From an uncultured Thermoleophilia bacterium (GTDB taxonomy: Bacteria > Actinomycetota > Thermoleophilia > Gaiellales > Gaiellaceae), in the NCBI GenBank assembly GCA_963758345.1, contig CAVWVD010000009.1, positions 3,077 to 67,076 of the forward strand: a stretch of DNA of 64,000 bases, written 5' to 3'. Position 1 is the stretch's first letter; every line of letters begins with the position of its first letter. This document shows positions 28,050 to 37,060 of this stretch, one piece after another. Under the pieces are notes generated by a model, which had not been told where the DNA came from, did no database searches, and worked only from the letters and a program-made list of their open reading frames with translations. The translations under genes and the position numbers were made by a program.

Positions 28050-29020
28050 TCGGCGAGCCGGGCCAGTGCCTCGTCGAGCCGCGAGGTGTCGCCCCAGGCG
28101 CCGAGCAGCTCGAGCGTCTTCGTCTTGCGGTCGAAGCGCGGCTCCGCGCGGCCGACGATCTGGTCGCCGGCGAGCAGCGGCAGCACGTAGTAGCCGTACT
28201 CGCGCTTGGATGCCGGCACGTACATCTCGAGCCGGTAGTGGAAGTCCCACAGCGCCTCGGCGCGGTCGCGGTCGTGGATCAGCCGGTCGAACGGCGAGAG
28301 CAGCACGGCGCGGTCCGGCACCGGGCCGTCCCTGGCGTCCGGATGCGCGACCCAGGCGCCCTGCTCGAGGCGCACGCCCAGAGCCCGTGCGCGCTGCTCC
28401 GCGAAGATCCGCTCGGCCTCGCGCGCCGGCACGACCTCGGTCTCCGGGTACCAGCGCTCGGCGAGGTCCCAGACGCGCTGCTTGCCGCGCCGCCCGGCCA
28501 CTGCGACGTAGCCGTTGACGTGGAGGATGCCGAGCATGATCCCCACGTAGCGGCTGCCGTACCAGCGGTGCTCGAGGCGCGCGTCCACGGAGCGGTCCTC
28601 GAGCTCGCGGGACAGGAGCGGGCCGCGCCGCTCGAGCTCGCGCAGCACGTAGCGCTTGAAGGCCGCGTTGCGCTGCATGAACTCCCGCTGCCAGCGGTGC
28701 CGCTCGAGCTTCAGCGACCGCCGGTGCGCGCGCATGCGCGCGCGCAGGAGCGGCAGCGACTCAATCGGGTAGACGAACGCGTTGAACTCGACGAGCTTGC
28801 GGTCCTGCCAGAGCAGCCGGTCGAGCTCGGCCGGGTCGAAGGAGCCGAGCCGCGCCTGCAGCACCAGCTCCTGCGGCGTGGCGACGGTGGCGATCGGGTC
28901 GAGCTGCAGGAAGCCGAGCCGGCGCACCGTGTCGAGGACGTTCCGCGCCGAGCCGTCGAGGAGCTGCGCGCGCACGGCGATCCGCCGCGCTTCCTCCACG
29001 CTCACGACCGTCCCCCGCAC
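28001..29020 (-). CDS. Winged-helix DNA glycosylase-like protein (YcaQ/DUF1006 family)
   Basis: ORF 28001..29302. The start is uncertain, with in-frame GTGs at 29020, 29005 and 28999. Motifs are EEARRIAVRAQLL, LGFLQLDP, EMYVPASKREYGYYVLPLL. Confidence 0.7.
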   Translation of the reverse strand: MRGTVVSVEEARRIAVRAQLLDGSARNVLDTVRRLGFLQLDPIATVATPQELVLQARLGSFDPAELDRLLWQDRKLVEFNAFVYPIESLPLLRARMRAHRRSLKLERHRWQREFMQRNAAFKRYVLRELERRGPLLSRELEDRSVDARLEHRWYGSRYVGIMLGILHVNGYVAVAGRRGKQRVWDLAERWYPETEVVPAREAERIFAEQRARALGVRLEQGAWVAHPDARDGPVPDRAVLLSPFDRLIHDRDRAEALWDFHYRLEMYVPASKREYGYYVLPLLAGDQIVGRAEPRFDRKTKTLELLGAWGDTSRLDEALARLADYLGADARAAASTART

Positions 29021-29038
29021 GCCGCCTATTCTCTCGAT

Positions 29039-29383
29039 GTGACCGACCCGCAGGTCGTTCCCTTCGATGAGATCGGCAAGACGTCCACGGGGCGCAGCCG
29101 CCGCTTCCTCGGCGAGCGCTACGGCTCGTCCGTCTCGTTCTTCGTCGTGAACGGCCATGAGGGAGACGGGCCGGGGCCGCAGACGCACCCGTACGACGAG
29201 ACGTTCGTGGTGCTCGAGGGCTCCGCGACGTTCACCGTCGACGGCCAGGACGTCGAGGCCGTCGCCGGCACCGTGATCGTCGTCCCGGCGGGTGCGGTGC
29301 ACGGCTTCACCATCGGGTCAGCCGGAATGAGGTCGGTGAACATCCATCCGCGCCCGCGGATGGAGCAGCTAGATCTTCCGTAA
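29039..29383 (+). CDS. Cupin domain protein
   Basis: Tail of ORF 27443..29383 from GTG 29039, with HPYDETFVVLEGSATFTVDG...VVPAGAVHGF. Confidence 0.7.
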   Translation: MTDPQVVPFDEIGKTSTGRSRRFLGERYGSSVSFFVVNGHEGDGPGPQTHPYDETFVVLEGSATFTVDGQDVEAVAGTVIVVPAGAVHGFTIGSAGMRSVNIHPRPRMEQLDLP

Positions 29384-29450
29384 CGCGGCGAAGCCCGGCT
29401 TGCCCGGGCGGGAGCCACGTCGCGCGAAGTCGCGTCTGACTGGCAGTTGT

Positions 29451-29489
29451 CCGTTGAAAGTCGTCATGGCGCAGCCGGACTTTCAACGG
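29451..29489 (+). promoter_or_regulatory. 12-bp perfect inverted repeat in the antiporter leader
   Basis: CCGTTGAAAGTC (29451..29462), a 15-nt spacer, then GACTTTCAACGG (29478..29489). It ends 20 nt upstream of ATG 29510. Confidence 0.4.
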
Positions 29490-29509
29490 GAACGGGAAGA
29501 TGCCGGCTG

Positions 29510-30964
29510 ATGGACGAAGGCGTCGTGCTCCTCCTCGTCGGCCTGATCCTCGCCGCCAGCCTGATCGTGGCGCTGGTCGCGTCGCGCAAGGGCGTGCCCG
29601 CGCTGGTCGCGTTCCTCGCGCTCGGGATGCTGCTCGGCTCGGACGGGCCGGGCGGGATCGATTTCGACGACGCGGACCTCGCCCGCTCGGTCGGGATCGT
29701 CGGGCTGGTCGCGATCCTCTACGAGGGCGGGCTCTCCACCTCGTGGCGGCGGCTGCGGGAGGTCGCAGTCCCGGCCGCGCTGCTCAGCACGGTCGGCGTC
29801 GTCGTCACCGCGGCGTTGACCGGGCTCGTCGCGCAGGCGGTCTTCGACCTCTCGTGGCTCGAGGCGATCCTGCTGGGCGCCGTCGTCGCGTCCACGGATG
29901 CGGCGGCGGTCTTCGCCACGCTGCGCTTCACGAACGTCCGCCGGCGGCTCGCGCGCACGCTCGAGGCCGAGACGGGCGGCAACGATCCGATGGCGATCGC
30001 CCTGACGGTCGGCCTGATCGCCTGGATCGAGCACTCGGACTACGGGTTCGGAGACCTCGTGCTCGAGGTGGTGCGCGAGATCGGCCTCGGGCTGGCCGTC
30101 GGTGCCGCGCTCGGCGTGGGGGCGATGTGGCTGTTCGCGCGCATCCCGCCGTCGATCGGTGCCTTCGCCCCGGTCGCGTCGGTCGCCGCGGCGGCGCTGT
30201 CGTTCGGAGTTGCGGACGTGCTCGGCGGGAGCGGGTTCCTCGCCGTCTACCTGGTCGGGCTCGCGGTCGGGAGCACGCCGTCGCGCTATCGCCGCCAGCT
30301 GGTCTCGTTCCACGAGGGGCTGGCGTTCGTCGCGCAGGTGGCGATGTTCGTCGTGCTCGGGCTGCTCGTCTTCCCGAGCGACCTGCCCGACGTGGCACTC
30401 GCCGGGCTGTGCGTCGCGGCGGCGCTCACGTTCGTGATCCGCCCGGTCGCGGTCTGGGCCTCGACGGCGTTCAGCGACTTCACCAACCGGGAGCGGGCGC
30501 TGCTCGGCTGGGCCGGCCTGCGCGGCGCGGTGCCGATCGTGCTCGGCACGTTCGTCCTGTCGTCGCACGTCGGCGAGCGGGAGACGATCTTCAACGCGGT
30601 GTTCTTCGTCGTCGTCGTGTCGGCGCTGGTGCAGGGGACGACGCTCGAGCGGGTGGCCACGGCGCTTCGCGTGACGTCACCGGCGCCGGCTCGCGCTGCG
30701 CCGCCGATCGCGGTCGACCATCTCGGCTCGATCGACCTCGTCGACTTCGCGGTCGGCGCCGACCACGCGATTGCCGGCTCACACGTGCGTGAGCTCGGCC
30801 TGCCGCGCACCGCCCTCATCGCCGTGGTCGCGCGCGGCGAGGAGACGATCCCGCCGCGCGGCAGCACGGTCGTCCAGCCGGGCGACCGGCTCTTCGTCCT
30901 CGTCCCGCACGCGAAGCGCGCGGACCTCGAGGACGTGTTCACCCGCTGGCGCCGGCGGATCTAG
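29510..30964 (+). CDS. K+/H+ (cation:proton) antiporter, CPA1/NhaP2-like, with a C-terminal TrkA-C domain
   Basis: ORF 29447..30964 from ATG 29510. It has multi-TM segments with VVASTDAAAV and ETGGNDPMAI, and the C-terminal part is RELGLPRTALIAVVARGEETIPPRGSTVVQPGDRLFVLV. Confidence 0.85.
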   Translation: MDEGVVLLLVGLILAASLIVALVASRKGVPALVAFLALGMLLGSDGPGGIDFDDADLARSVGIVGLVAILYEGGLSTSWRRLREVAVPAALLSTVGVVVTAALTGLVAQAVFDLSWLEAILLGAVVASTDAAAVFATLRFTNVRRRLARTLEAETGGNDPMAIALTVGLIAWIEHSDYGFGDLVLEVVREIGLGLAVGAALGVGAMWLFARIPPSIGAFAPVASVAAAALSFGVADVLGGSGFLAVYLVGLAVGSTPSRYRRQLVSFHEGLAFVAQVAMFVVLGLLVFPSDLPDVALAGLCVAAALTFVIRPVAVWASTAFSDFTNRERALLGWAGLRGAVPIVLGTFVLSSHVGERETIFNAVFFVVVVSALVQGTTLERVATALRVTSPAPARAAPPIAVDHLGSIDLVDFAVGADHAIAGSHVRELGLPRTALIAVVARGEETIPPRGSTVVQPGDRLFVLVPHAKRADLEDVFTRWRRRI

Positions 30965-31407
30965 GCGGCGAGCGCCAGGTCGCCTGCGATCTCGACGTGG
31001 AGCACGGGCAGGCCGAAGCGGCTGCGCGCGCGGTCGACGACGTCCCGGCTGAGCCAGTGGGAGCTTCGCCCCGGGTGGGTCGCGATCACGAGCTCGTCCG
31101 CCGGGAAGCCGTGCAGCGCATCGGCGATCGCCTGCAGCGGGTCGGCGTCGCCCACGACGCCGTCCGCGTCGACGCCGTCGCCCTGGAGGAGCGCGAGGCA
31201 GCGGCGCAGCCGTGCCTCGGCCTCGGTGCGCGCCCGGTCCTCGTCGGAGGTCCAGTGGCGGAGCCGGCTGTTCAGCGCCGGCGCGACGACGAGCACCTCG
31301 GTGGGGCCGGAGCGAAGCCGACGGCGCACGCGGCCGTTGAGGACCGCGCCGCCGGCCGTCGCGTTCGCGACGAGGATCACGCGGCGGGTGTGCAGGTTGG
31401 TTGTCAT
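30961..31407 (-). CDS. USP-like (adenine-nucleotide alpha-hydrolase-fold) hypothetical protein
   Basis: ORF 30961..31407 shows an alternating beta-alpha pattern (RVILVANATAG...VLVVAPAL...ELVIATHPG). The function call is tentative. Confidence 0.45.
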   Translation of the reverse strand: MTTNLHTRRVILVANATAGGAVLNGRVRRRLRSGPTEVLVVAPALNSRLRHWTSDEDRARTEAEARLRRCLALLQGDGVDADGVVGDADPLQAIADALHGFPADELVIATHPGRSSHWLSRDVVDRARSRFGLPVLHVEIAGDLALAA

Positions 31408-31522
31408 CTCGTCTCCTTTCGGGTGGCCTCACCGCAGGAGACCGCACGCACCTATGAGCCGTCTGAGATGCGGCTGAACGCGTGCTGAAAGGGTGATTCG
31501 ACGCCGGAAAACACCGCGGGCG

Positions 31523-31783
31523 ATGTACCCTGTCAACAGGGGAAGTGGCCGATCAGCGGATGACATCGTGACCACCGACGCCAGTGTGATTGGCAAGGTC
31601 GGACGGGTCACAGGCCGAGTCGCACGCGGGAGCGTCGGTGAGGTCATGGTTGGCGTTCGCGGCGGCAGCGAGGCGTTCTTCGCGTACCCGTACGACACCG
31701 GCGAGACGTTCGACGTGGGCGACCGCGTGGTGATCGTCGAGTACGAGCCTCCTCGCACCGTGCTGATCAGCCGCTTCGAATGA
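31523..31783 (+). CDS. NfeD-like OB-fold protein (flotillin partner); start uncertain
   Basis: ORF 31493..31783 has GKVGRVTGRVARGSVGEVMVGVRGGSEAFFAY...GDRVVIVEY. It lies immediately upstream of the flotillin gene. Confidence 0.6.
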   Translation: MYPVNRGSGRSADDIVTTDASVIGKVGRVTGRVARGSVGEVMVGVRGGSEAFFAYPYDTGETFDVGDRVVIVEYEPPRTVLISRFE

Positions 31784-31807
31784 CGTGAGTCCGAAAGGAG
31801 CCCGTTG

Positions 31808-33265
31808 ATGGGCCTCGGTTTCCTGATCGTCGCTGCAGTCGTTGTGGCGTTGGTCTTCCTGCTCCTGCTCGCCTTCAAGTCGATGTACAAGGTGGCCGAG
31901 CCGAACGAGGCGCTCGTCGTCTCCGGCTTCGGCGCCTACCGGCAGAACAACAACCCGGCCGAAGCGTCGACGCTCGGCTTCAAGATCGTCGTCGGCAAGG
32001 GCGTGTTCGTGTTCCCGCTGGTGCAGAGCGTGCGCCGGCTGTCGCTGGCATTGCACAAGGCCGAGCTGATCGTGGACTGCGTCACCACCCAGGGCATTCC
32101 CGTGCACGTGCGCGGCGTCGTCGTCTACAAGGTCGGCGACGACTTCGCCGAGATCGCGAACGCGGCGCGGCGGTTCCTCGACAAGGAGAGCGAGATGGAC
32201 GCGAACGTCCACGAGGTGTTCGCGGGCCACCTGCGCCAGATCGTCGGCTCGCTGACCGTCGAGGACATGATTCGCGCCCGCGAGAAGCTCGCCGCGGAGA
32301 CGCGCAACTCGTCTGCGATCGAGATGGAGAAGCTCGGGCTCGTCATCGACTCGCTGCAGATCCAGCAGGTCGAGGACCCGACCGGCTACATCGAGAACCT
32401 CGCCAAGCCGTTCCAGGCCGCTGTCGCGGCCGAGGCGCGCATCGCCGCCGCCGAGCGCGACCGCGAGGCGACCGAGCGCGAGCAGGCCGCCGCGGCGCAG
32501 AAGGCGAAGGCCGTCTCGACGTCGTCGGTCGAGCAGGCACGGCTGCAAGCGGAGGCCGACCGCGCGCGGGCGGTGGCCGCCCAGGCCGGGCCGCTCTCGG
32601 ACGCGGAGGCGCGCAAGGCGGTCGTCGTCCAGGAGACGGAGGTCGCGCAGCTCGAGGCGCAGCGCACCGAGCAGCGCCTGCAGACGGAGGTCGTCAAGCC
32701 GGCGCAGGCCGAGCGCGACGCGCGCGTCGCAGGAGCCGAGGCGGCGCGTCAGGAGGTCGAGCTGCGGGCTGCGGCCGACGCGGCGCGGGTCCGGACCGAG
32801 GCGGCGGCGGCCGCAGAGCAGCGCAAGCTGCTGGCCGAGGCCGAGGGGTTCGCTACGGAGCGCACCGGCGAGGCCCAGGCGAAGTCGACGCGGATGCGCG
32901 GCGAGGCCGAGGGGGCGGCGATCAACGCGAAGCTCACCGCCGAGGCGGAGGGCATCCAGAAGCGGGCCGACGCACTCCGCGAGAACCAGGAAGCGGTCAT
33001 CAACCAGTCGATCGCCGAGCAGCTGCCGCAGATCGTCGAGGCGGCTGCCGGGGCGTACAAGGGCGTCGACCACATGATCGTGCTGAACGGCGCCGAGGGC
33101 ATGGGCGGGATCACGGGCCAGGTGCTCGGCACGGGCCTGGCGGTCATCCCGATGATCCGCGAGGCGTTCGCAAACAGCGCAAACGGCGGTCGCGCGTCGG
33201 CGAGCGAGAACGGCGAGAAGCCCGCCCCTCGCGATCCTGCCAAGCGGACGGAGCCGAAGCAGTGA
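31808..33265 (+). CDS. Flotillin / SPFH (band 7) family protein
   Basis: ORF 31805..33265 has an N-terminal TM segment, an SPFH core (EPNEALVVSG...IPVHVRGVVVYKV) and a long Ala/Glu/Arg-rich coiled coil. Confidence 0.9.
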   Translation: MGLGFLIVAAVVVALVFLLLLAFKSMYKVAEPNEALVVSGFGAYRQNNNPAEASTLGFKIVVGKGVFVFPLVQSVRRLSLALHKAELIVDCVTTQGIPVHVRGVVVYKVGDDFAEIANAARRFLDKESEMDANVHEVFAGHLRQIVGSLTVEDMIRAREKLAAETRNSSAIEMEKLGLVIDSLQIQQVEDPTGYIENLAKPFQAAVAAEARIAAAERDREATEREQAAAAQKAKAVSTSSVEQARLQAEADRARAVAAQAGPLSDAEARKAVVVQETEVAQLEAQRTEQRLQTEVVKPAQAERDARVAGAEAARQEVELRAAADAARVRTEAAAAAEQRKLLAEAEGFATERTGEAQAKSTRMRGEAEGAAINAKLTAEAEGIQKRADALRENQEAVINQSIAEQLPQIVEAAAGAYKGVDHMIVLNGAEGMGGITGQVLGTGLAVIPMIREAFANSANGGRASASENGEKPAPRDPAKRTEPKQ

Positions 33266-33975
33266 AGCGGCTCTGGCTGATCATCCAGGCGAAACTGAAT
33301 CGCCTGCTGGACCGCGCCGAGAAGCCCGACGAGCTGCTCGACTACTCCTACGAGCGTCAGCACGGGATGCTGCAGGAGGTGCGGCGCGGGCTGACGAGCG
33401 TCGTCGCGTCGAAGAAGCAGCTCGAGATGCAGGCCGACCGGCTCTCCAAGCAGGAGCAGAAGCTGGACGGGCAGGCGCGGCAGGCGCTCGGGCTCGGGCG
33501 CGAGGACCTCGCCCGCGCCGCGCTCGAGCGGAAGGCCGGCGTCGGCGTGCAGCTCACCGATCTGCAGGGGCAGATCGGCGAGCTCCAGACGCAGCAGGCG
33601 AAGCTCGAGGCCTCGCAGAAGGAGTTCGCCGAGCGGCTCGCCAGGTTCCGCTCCGAGAAGGAGGTCACGAAGGCGCGCTACCGCGCCGCCGAGGCGATGG
33701 TCAAGATCGGCGAGGCCACGACCGGGCTCGGCGAGGACATGGCCAGCGCCGGGCGCGCGCTCGAGCGTGCCAACGAGAAGACGCAGGGGATGGAGGCGCG
33801 CGCCGCGGCGCTCGACGAGCTGATCGCGACGGGCGGCCTCGAGGACATCTCGGGCGAGACGCAGCTCGATCGCGAGCTGCGCCAGATGGCGCAGACGTCG
33901 CAGGTGGACGCCGAGCTCGCCCGCATGAAGGCCGAGCTCGAGCCGGCCAGGGAACCGCCCGCGATCGAGGCCTGA
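33262..33975 (+). CDS. pspA: PspA/IM30 family protein
   Basis: ORF 33262..33975 (GTGA overlap) reads MKRLWLIIQAKLNRLLDRAEKPDELLDYSYERQ... and is coiled coil throughout. Confidence 0.9.
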   Translation: MKRLWLIIQAKLNRLLDRAEKPDELLDYSYERQHGMLQEVRRGLTSVVASKKQLEMQADRLSKQEQKLDGQARQALGLGREDLARAALERKAGVGVQLTDLQGQIGELQTQQAKLEASQKEFAERLARFRSEKEVTKARYRAAEAMVKIGEATTGLGEDMASAGRALERANEKTQGMEARAAALDELIATGGLEDISGETQLDRELRQMAQTSQVDAELARMKAELEPAREPPAIEA

Positions 33976-34028
33976 GCCGCGGGCGAGCGGACCCGCCGCG
34001 TGCAAATCGCGGCGCACATTCGTGCGCC

Positions 34029-34169
34029 TTTAACACCGGTGCCTGGCACCGGCGGAACTCGAGCGGCGGCTCCGCGGATCCCTTTCCCAGAGCGGTCTCG
34101 CGCGGTCCGCGTGCGAATCGCGTTACGAAGCCGCGCGCCTCTGCGGACGGTGCCTGGCACCGGTTGAAA
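34029..34169 (-). repeat. MITE-like intergenic repeat, copy B (inverted relative to copy A)
   Basis: Hairpins are CCGGTGCC-T-GGCACCGG (34036..34052) and CGGTGCC-T-GGCACCG (34148..34162). The reverse complement aligns with 11929..12066, most strongly over the first ~60 nt (AACCGGTGCCAGGCACCGTCCG.AGAGGCGC.CGGCT..GTAACGC). Confidence 0.8.
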
Positions 34170-34243
34170 CGGCGCGCGGACACGTCGCCCCCGGGCGTGT
34201 CACCTCGTCGCGGAGCGAGGCAAACGTGGGAGGGTCGTCCTGC

Positions 34244-35029
34244 GTGTCGTCGACCAGCCAGGAGCAGAGATCCGCCGCCTTCCGCGCGCTGCACGAGGGC
34301 GAGCCGTTCGTCATCCCGAACCCGTGGGACGCCGGGTCGGCGCGCGTGCTCGAGTCGCTTGGGTTCAAGGCCCTGGCCACGACGAGCTCCGGCTTCGCGT
34401 TCACGCTCGGGCGGGCCGACGGCGGCGCGACGCTCGATGACGTCGCCGTCCACGTGGCGGCGCTGAACGACGCCACCGGCCTGCCGGTCTCGGCCGACCT
34501 CGAGAACGGCTACGGCCCGGATCCCGAGACGGCGGCACGAGCGATCATCCGCATCGCCGAAGCCGGCGCCGTCGGCGGCTCGATCGAGGACTGGGATCCA
34601 GGCGGCCGGCTCTACGACCTGCCGCACGCGACCGAGCGGGTGGCCGCGGCGGTCGAGGCGTCCCGCGCGCTGCCGTTCCCGTTCACGCTCACCGCGCGCG
34701 CCGAGAACCACATCCGCGACAACCCGAACCTCGACGACACGATCATGCGCCTCCAGGCCTTCGAGGTTGCCGGCGCGGACGTCCTCTACGCGCCCGGTCT
34801 TGCGAGCGCCGACGAGATCCGCGCGGTCTGCTCTGCCGTGACGAAGCCGGTCAACGTGCTCGCGCTTCCACACCTCACGTTCGCCGAGATCACAGGAGCC
34901 GGCGCGCAGCGCGTCAGCGTCGGCGGCTCGCTGACGTGGAGCGCCGTGCAGGGGCTGGCCGCGGCCGCGACGGCGATTCGCGACCGCGGCGACTTCTCGC
35001 TGCTCGGCAAGGGCGGCTGGCTCGGTTAG
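34244..35029 (+). CDS. Isocitrate lyase / PEP mutase family enzyme (2-methylisocitrate-lyase-like)
   Basis: ORF 34226..35029. GTG 34244 is preferred because GGGAGG lies 10 nt upstream. Motifs are FVIPNPWDAGSARVLESLGFKALATTS and GGSIED. Confidence 0.8.
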   Translation: MSSTSQEQRSAAFRALHEGEPFVIPNPWDAGSARVLESLGFKALATTSSGFAFTLGRADGGATLDDVAVHVAALNDATGLPVSADLENGYGPDPETAARAIIRIAEAGAVGGSIEDWDPGGRLYDLPHATERVAAAVEASRALPFPFTLTARAENHIRDNPNLDDTIMRLQAFEVAGADVLYAPGLASADEIRAVCSAVTKPVNVLALPHLTFAEITGAGAQRVSVGGSLTWSAVQGLAAAATAIRDRGDFSLLGKGGWLG

Positions 35030-35829
35030 CGCACTTCCAGATTCCGCGTGTCGATGGTCGCCGCGACGCCGTGCCGTGTCCGGATCGTCAGCGTCGCCTC
35101 GTCCTGCGACAGCGTCATCTGCGAGTTCCAGTCCACCCGGGTCGCATCGGGCAGATCGATGCAGAAGGCAGCACGGTGATTCGCATCGAGTGCATGGACG
35201 AACGGAGCGCCCTGTATCCGCTGGTAGAGCGTGTACACCCAGCCGCCGGTCGCGGTCGCCGCGCGAGACACGGGCCAGCCGACCATCTTCTCGTCGGGCT
35301 CGCGCTTGTCGACGATCACGCGCCCCACGAGCCGGCTCGCCTTGAGGTCGTAGGCGCGCACGAGGTACTGGAAGAGGTCGCTTCGGTTCGCGTGCTGAAG
35401 CAGGTACAGCGTGCGCCCGTCGGGCGAGAGCGCGTCGTAGCCGAACTCGCCGTCGAGCGCGATCGTCCGTGCCGGACGCAGGCCTGCGGTCGAGAGGACG
35501 ACAAAGTGGCTCTGGCGTCGCAACAGCTGGTAGTTCGGTGGCTCGACGAGGACCAGCCGCTTGCCGTCGGGCGAGAGCCCGCCGCCTCCGCCGCCCATCG
35601 TGATGGCCGGGATGCCCCACTCGCCCTTGATCGTCCGCGACGCGACGAGTGTGTCGCCGCGCAACGCGCGCACCGTCGTCTTGCCGCTCGCACGGCCGGC
35701 CACGTAGCGAACATCGCCGTTCGAGACGCTCCGGGCAAGGCCCGGCCACGGGGCCGCTGCCACGGCGGTTCCGACGAGGACGAGAGCCGCGGCGACCGTC
35801 ACGCCGCGGAGCAGGGAGTGCCTGCGCAT
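35026..35829 (-). CDS. Secreted hypothetical protein (beta-rich)
   Basis: The last 267 codons of ORF 35026..36102, from ATG 35829 with GGAGG upstream. The signal peptide is MRRHSLLRGVTVAAALVLVGTAVAAA. I recognise no family. Confidence 0.6.
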   Translation of the reverse strand: MRRHSLLRGVTVAAALVLVGTAVAAAPWPGLARSVSNGDVRYVAGRASGKTTVRALRGDTLVASRTIKGEWGIPAITMGGGGGGLSPDGKRLVLVEPPNYQLLRRQSHFVVLSTAGLRPARTIALDGEFGYDALSPDGRTLYLLQHANRSDLFQYLVRAYDLKASRLVGRVIVDKREPDEKMVGWPVSRAATATGGWVYTLYQRIQGAPFVHALDANHRAAFCIDLPDATRVDWNSQMTLSQDEATLTIRTRHGVAATIDTRNLEVR

Positions 35830-35965
35830 GTCCACCTCCTTGGCTGCAGCCATTACACCGGACAGGAGCCAGGCGTTCCCGCGGGGAATAGCGTTCCCAC
35901 GGCGGTCGCTTATCCGTAGTGTTGACGGACGCACCAGACCCCGACCACGTCGGGAGGGAGGACAT

Positions 35966-36655
35966 ATGGGTTTGCAGCTAGGAAACACCGCACCCGACTT
36001 CGAGGCCGACACCACGGAAGGGCGCATCAAGTTCCACGACTGGATCGGCGACTCGTGGACGGTTCTCTTCTCGCACCCGAAGGACTTCACGCCCATCTGC
36101 ACGACCGAGCTCGGCTACATGGCGAAGATCAAGCCCGAGTTCGACCGGCGCGGCGTCAAGATCATCGGCCTCTCGGTCGACCCGATGGACCGGCACGAGA
36201 GCTGGGCCGACGACATCGAGGAGACCCAGGGCACCCGCCCGAACTACCCGATCATCGCCGACCCGACCTTCGAGATCTCGAAGGCCTACGGGATGCTCCC
36301 GGCGGAGACCTCGGGCGACCCGCTGGCCCGCACCCCCGTGGACAACCAGACCGTCCGCAACGTGTTCGTCATCGCCCCGGACCAGACGATCAAGCTGATC
36401 CTCGTCTACCCGATGACCACCGGGCGCAACTTCGACGAGGTGCTGCGCGTGATCGACTCGCTGAAGCTGACCGCCTCGCACAAGGTCTCGACGCCGGTGA
36501 ACTGGCAGCCGGGCGAGGACGTCATCATCGCCGGCTCCGTGACCGACGACGCGGCGAAGGAGCTCTGGCCCGAGGGCTGGGAGTCGCCGAAGCCGTACAT
36601 CCGGATCGTCCCGGACCCGGTCGGCGCGAAGCAGGCCACCGGCGTCTCGAGCTGA
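35966..36655 (+). CDS. 1-Cys peroxiredoxin (Prx6-type)
   Basis: From ATG 35966 (GGGAGGGAGG upstream): MGLQLGNTAPDFEADTTEGRIKFHDWIGDSWTVLFSHPKDFTPICTTELG. Confidence 0.92.
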   Translation: MGLQLGNTAPDFEADTTEGRIKFHDWIGDSWTVLFSHPKDFTPICTTELGYMAKIKPEFDRRGVKIIGLSVDPMDRHESWADDIEETQGTRPNYPIIADPTFEISKAYGMLPAETSGDPLARTPVDNQTVRNVFVIAPDQTIKLILVYPMTTGRNFDEVLRVIDSLKLTASHKVSTPVNWQPGEDVIIAGSVTDDAAKELWPEGWESPKPYIRIVPDPVGAKQATGVSS

Positions 36656-36661
36656 TCTTCG

Positions 36662-36689
36662 GAAGGGCCGTCCGCGTGGGCGGCCCTTC
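36662..36689 (+). terminator. Hairpin downstream of the peroxiredoxin gene
   Basis: GAAGGGCCG (36662..36670), a 10-nt loop, then CGGCCCTTC (36681..36689), followed by TCTC. The U-tract is weak. Confidence 0.45.
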
Positions 36690-37060
36690 TCTCAGCGGCG
36701 AAAGCTGCCGCTCCAAGGCGCTTTTCAGCCACTTCTAATGAACCTCTCAGGTTCGTCATAAGGCTGGCTTAGGCGCCGCTGGTTCGCTGGAGGGCATGAG
36801 CGAACGGCCCCCGTGCGATGGAGAGCTAGCAGTGCGTCCCGCAGAGGACGCCGTCAGCGGCGAACCCGACGACATCGGTGGACGGACGGGGATCGCCCAG
36901 CGCTTCCACCGCCCGGCGGGCCTCGCTCATGAGGAGAGCCCCTCCTCCGTGCGCGTGCCGGGACGACCGCAGCCCGGGCGCGCTCCTCTCCGGGGAGGGC
37001 CGCCGGCGCGGCCTTCCCCGGCCTCCCTCTCCCTCTGACCACGCACGAAAGGACTCTCCG

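Noticed and set aside
36826-36930. A 34-codon minus-strand ORF with a good GGAGGAGG site (MSEARRAVEALGDPRPSTDVVGFAADGVLCGTHC), possibly a RiPP-like or small Cys peptide.
   Set aside because: There are no maturation or rSAM genes nearby and I recognise no family. It lies antisense to the moxR leader and could easily be a chance ORF.
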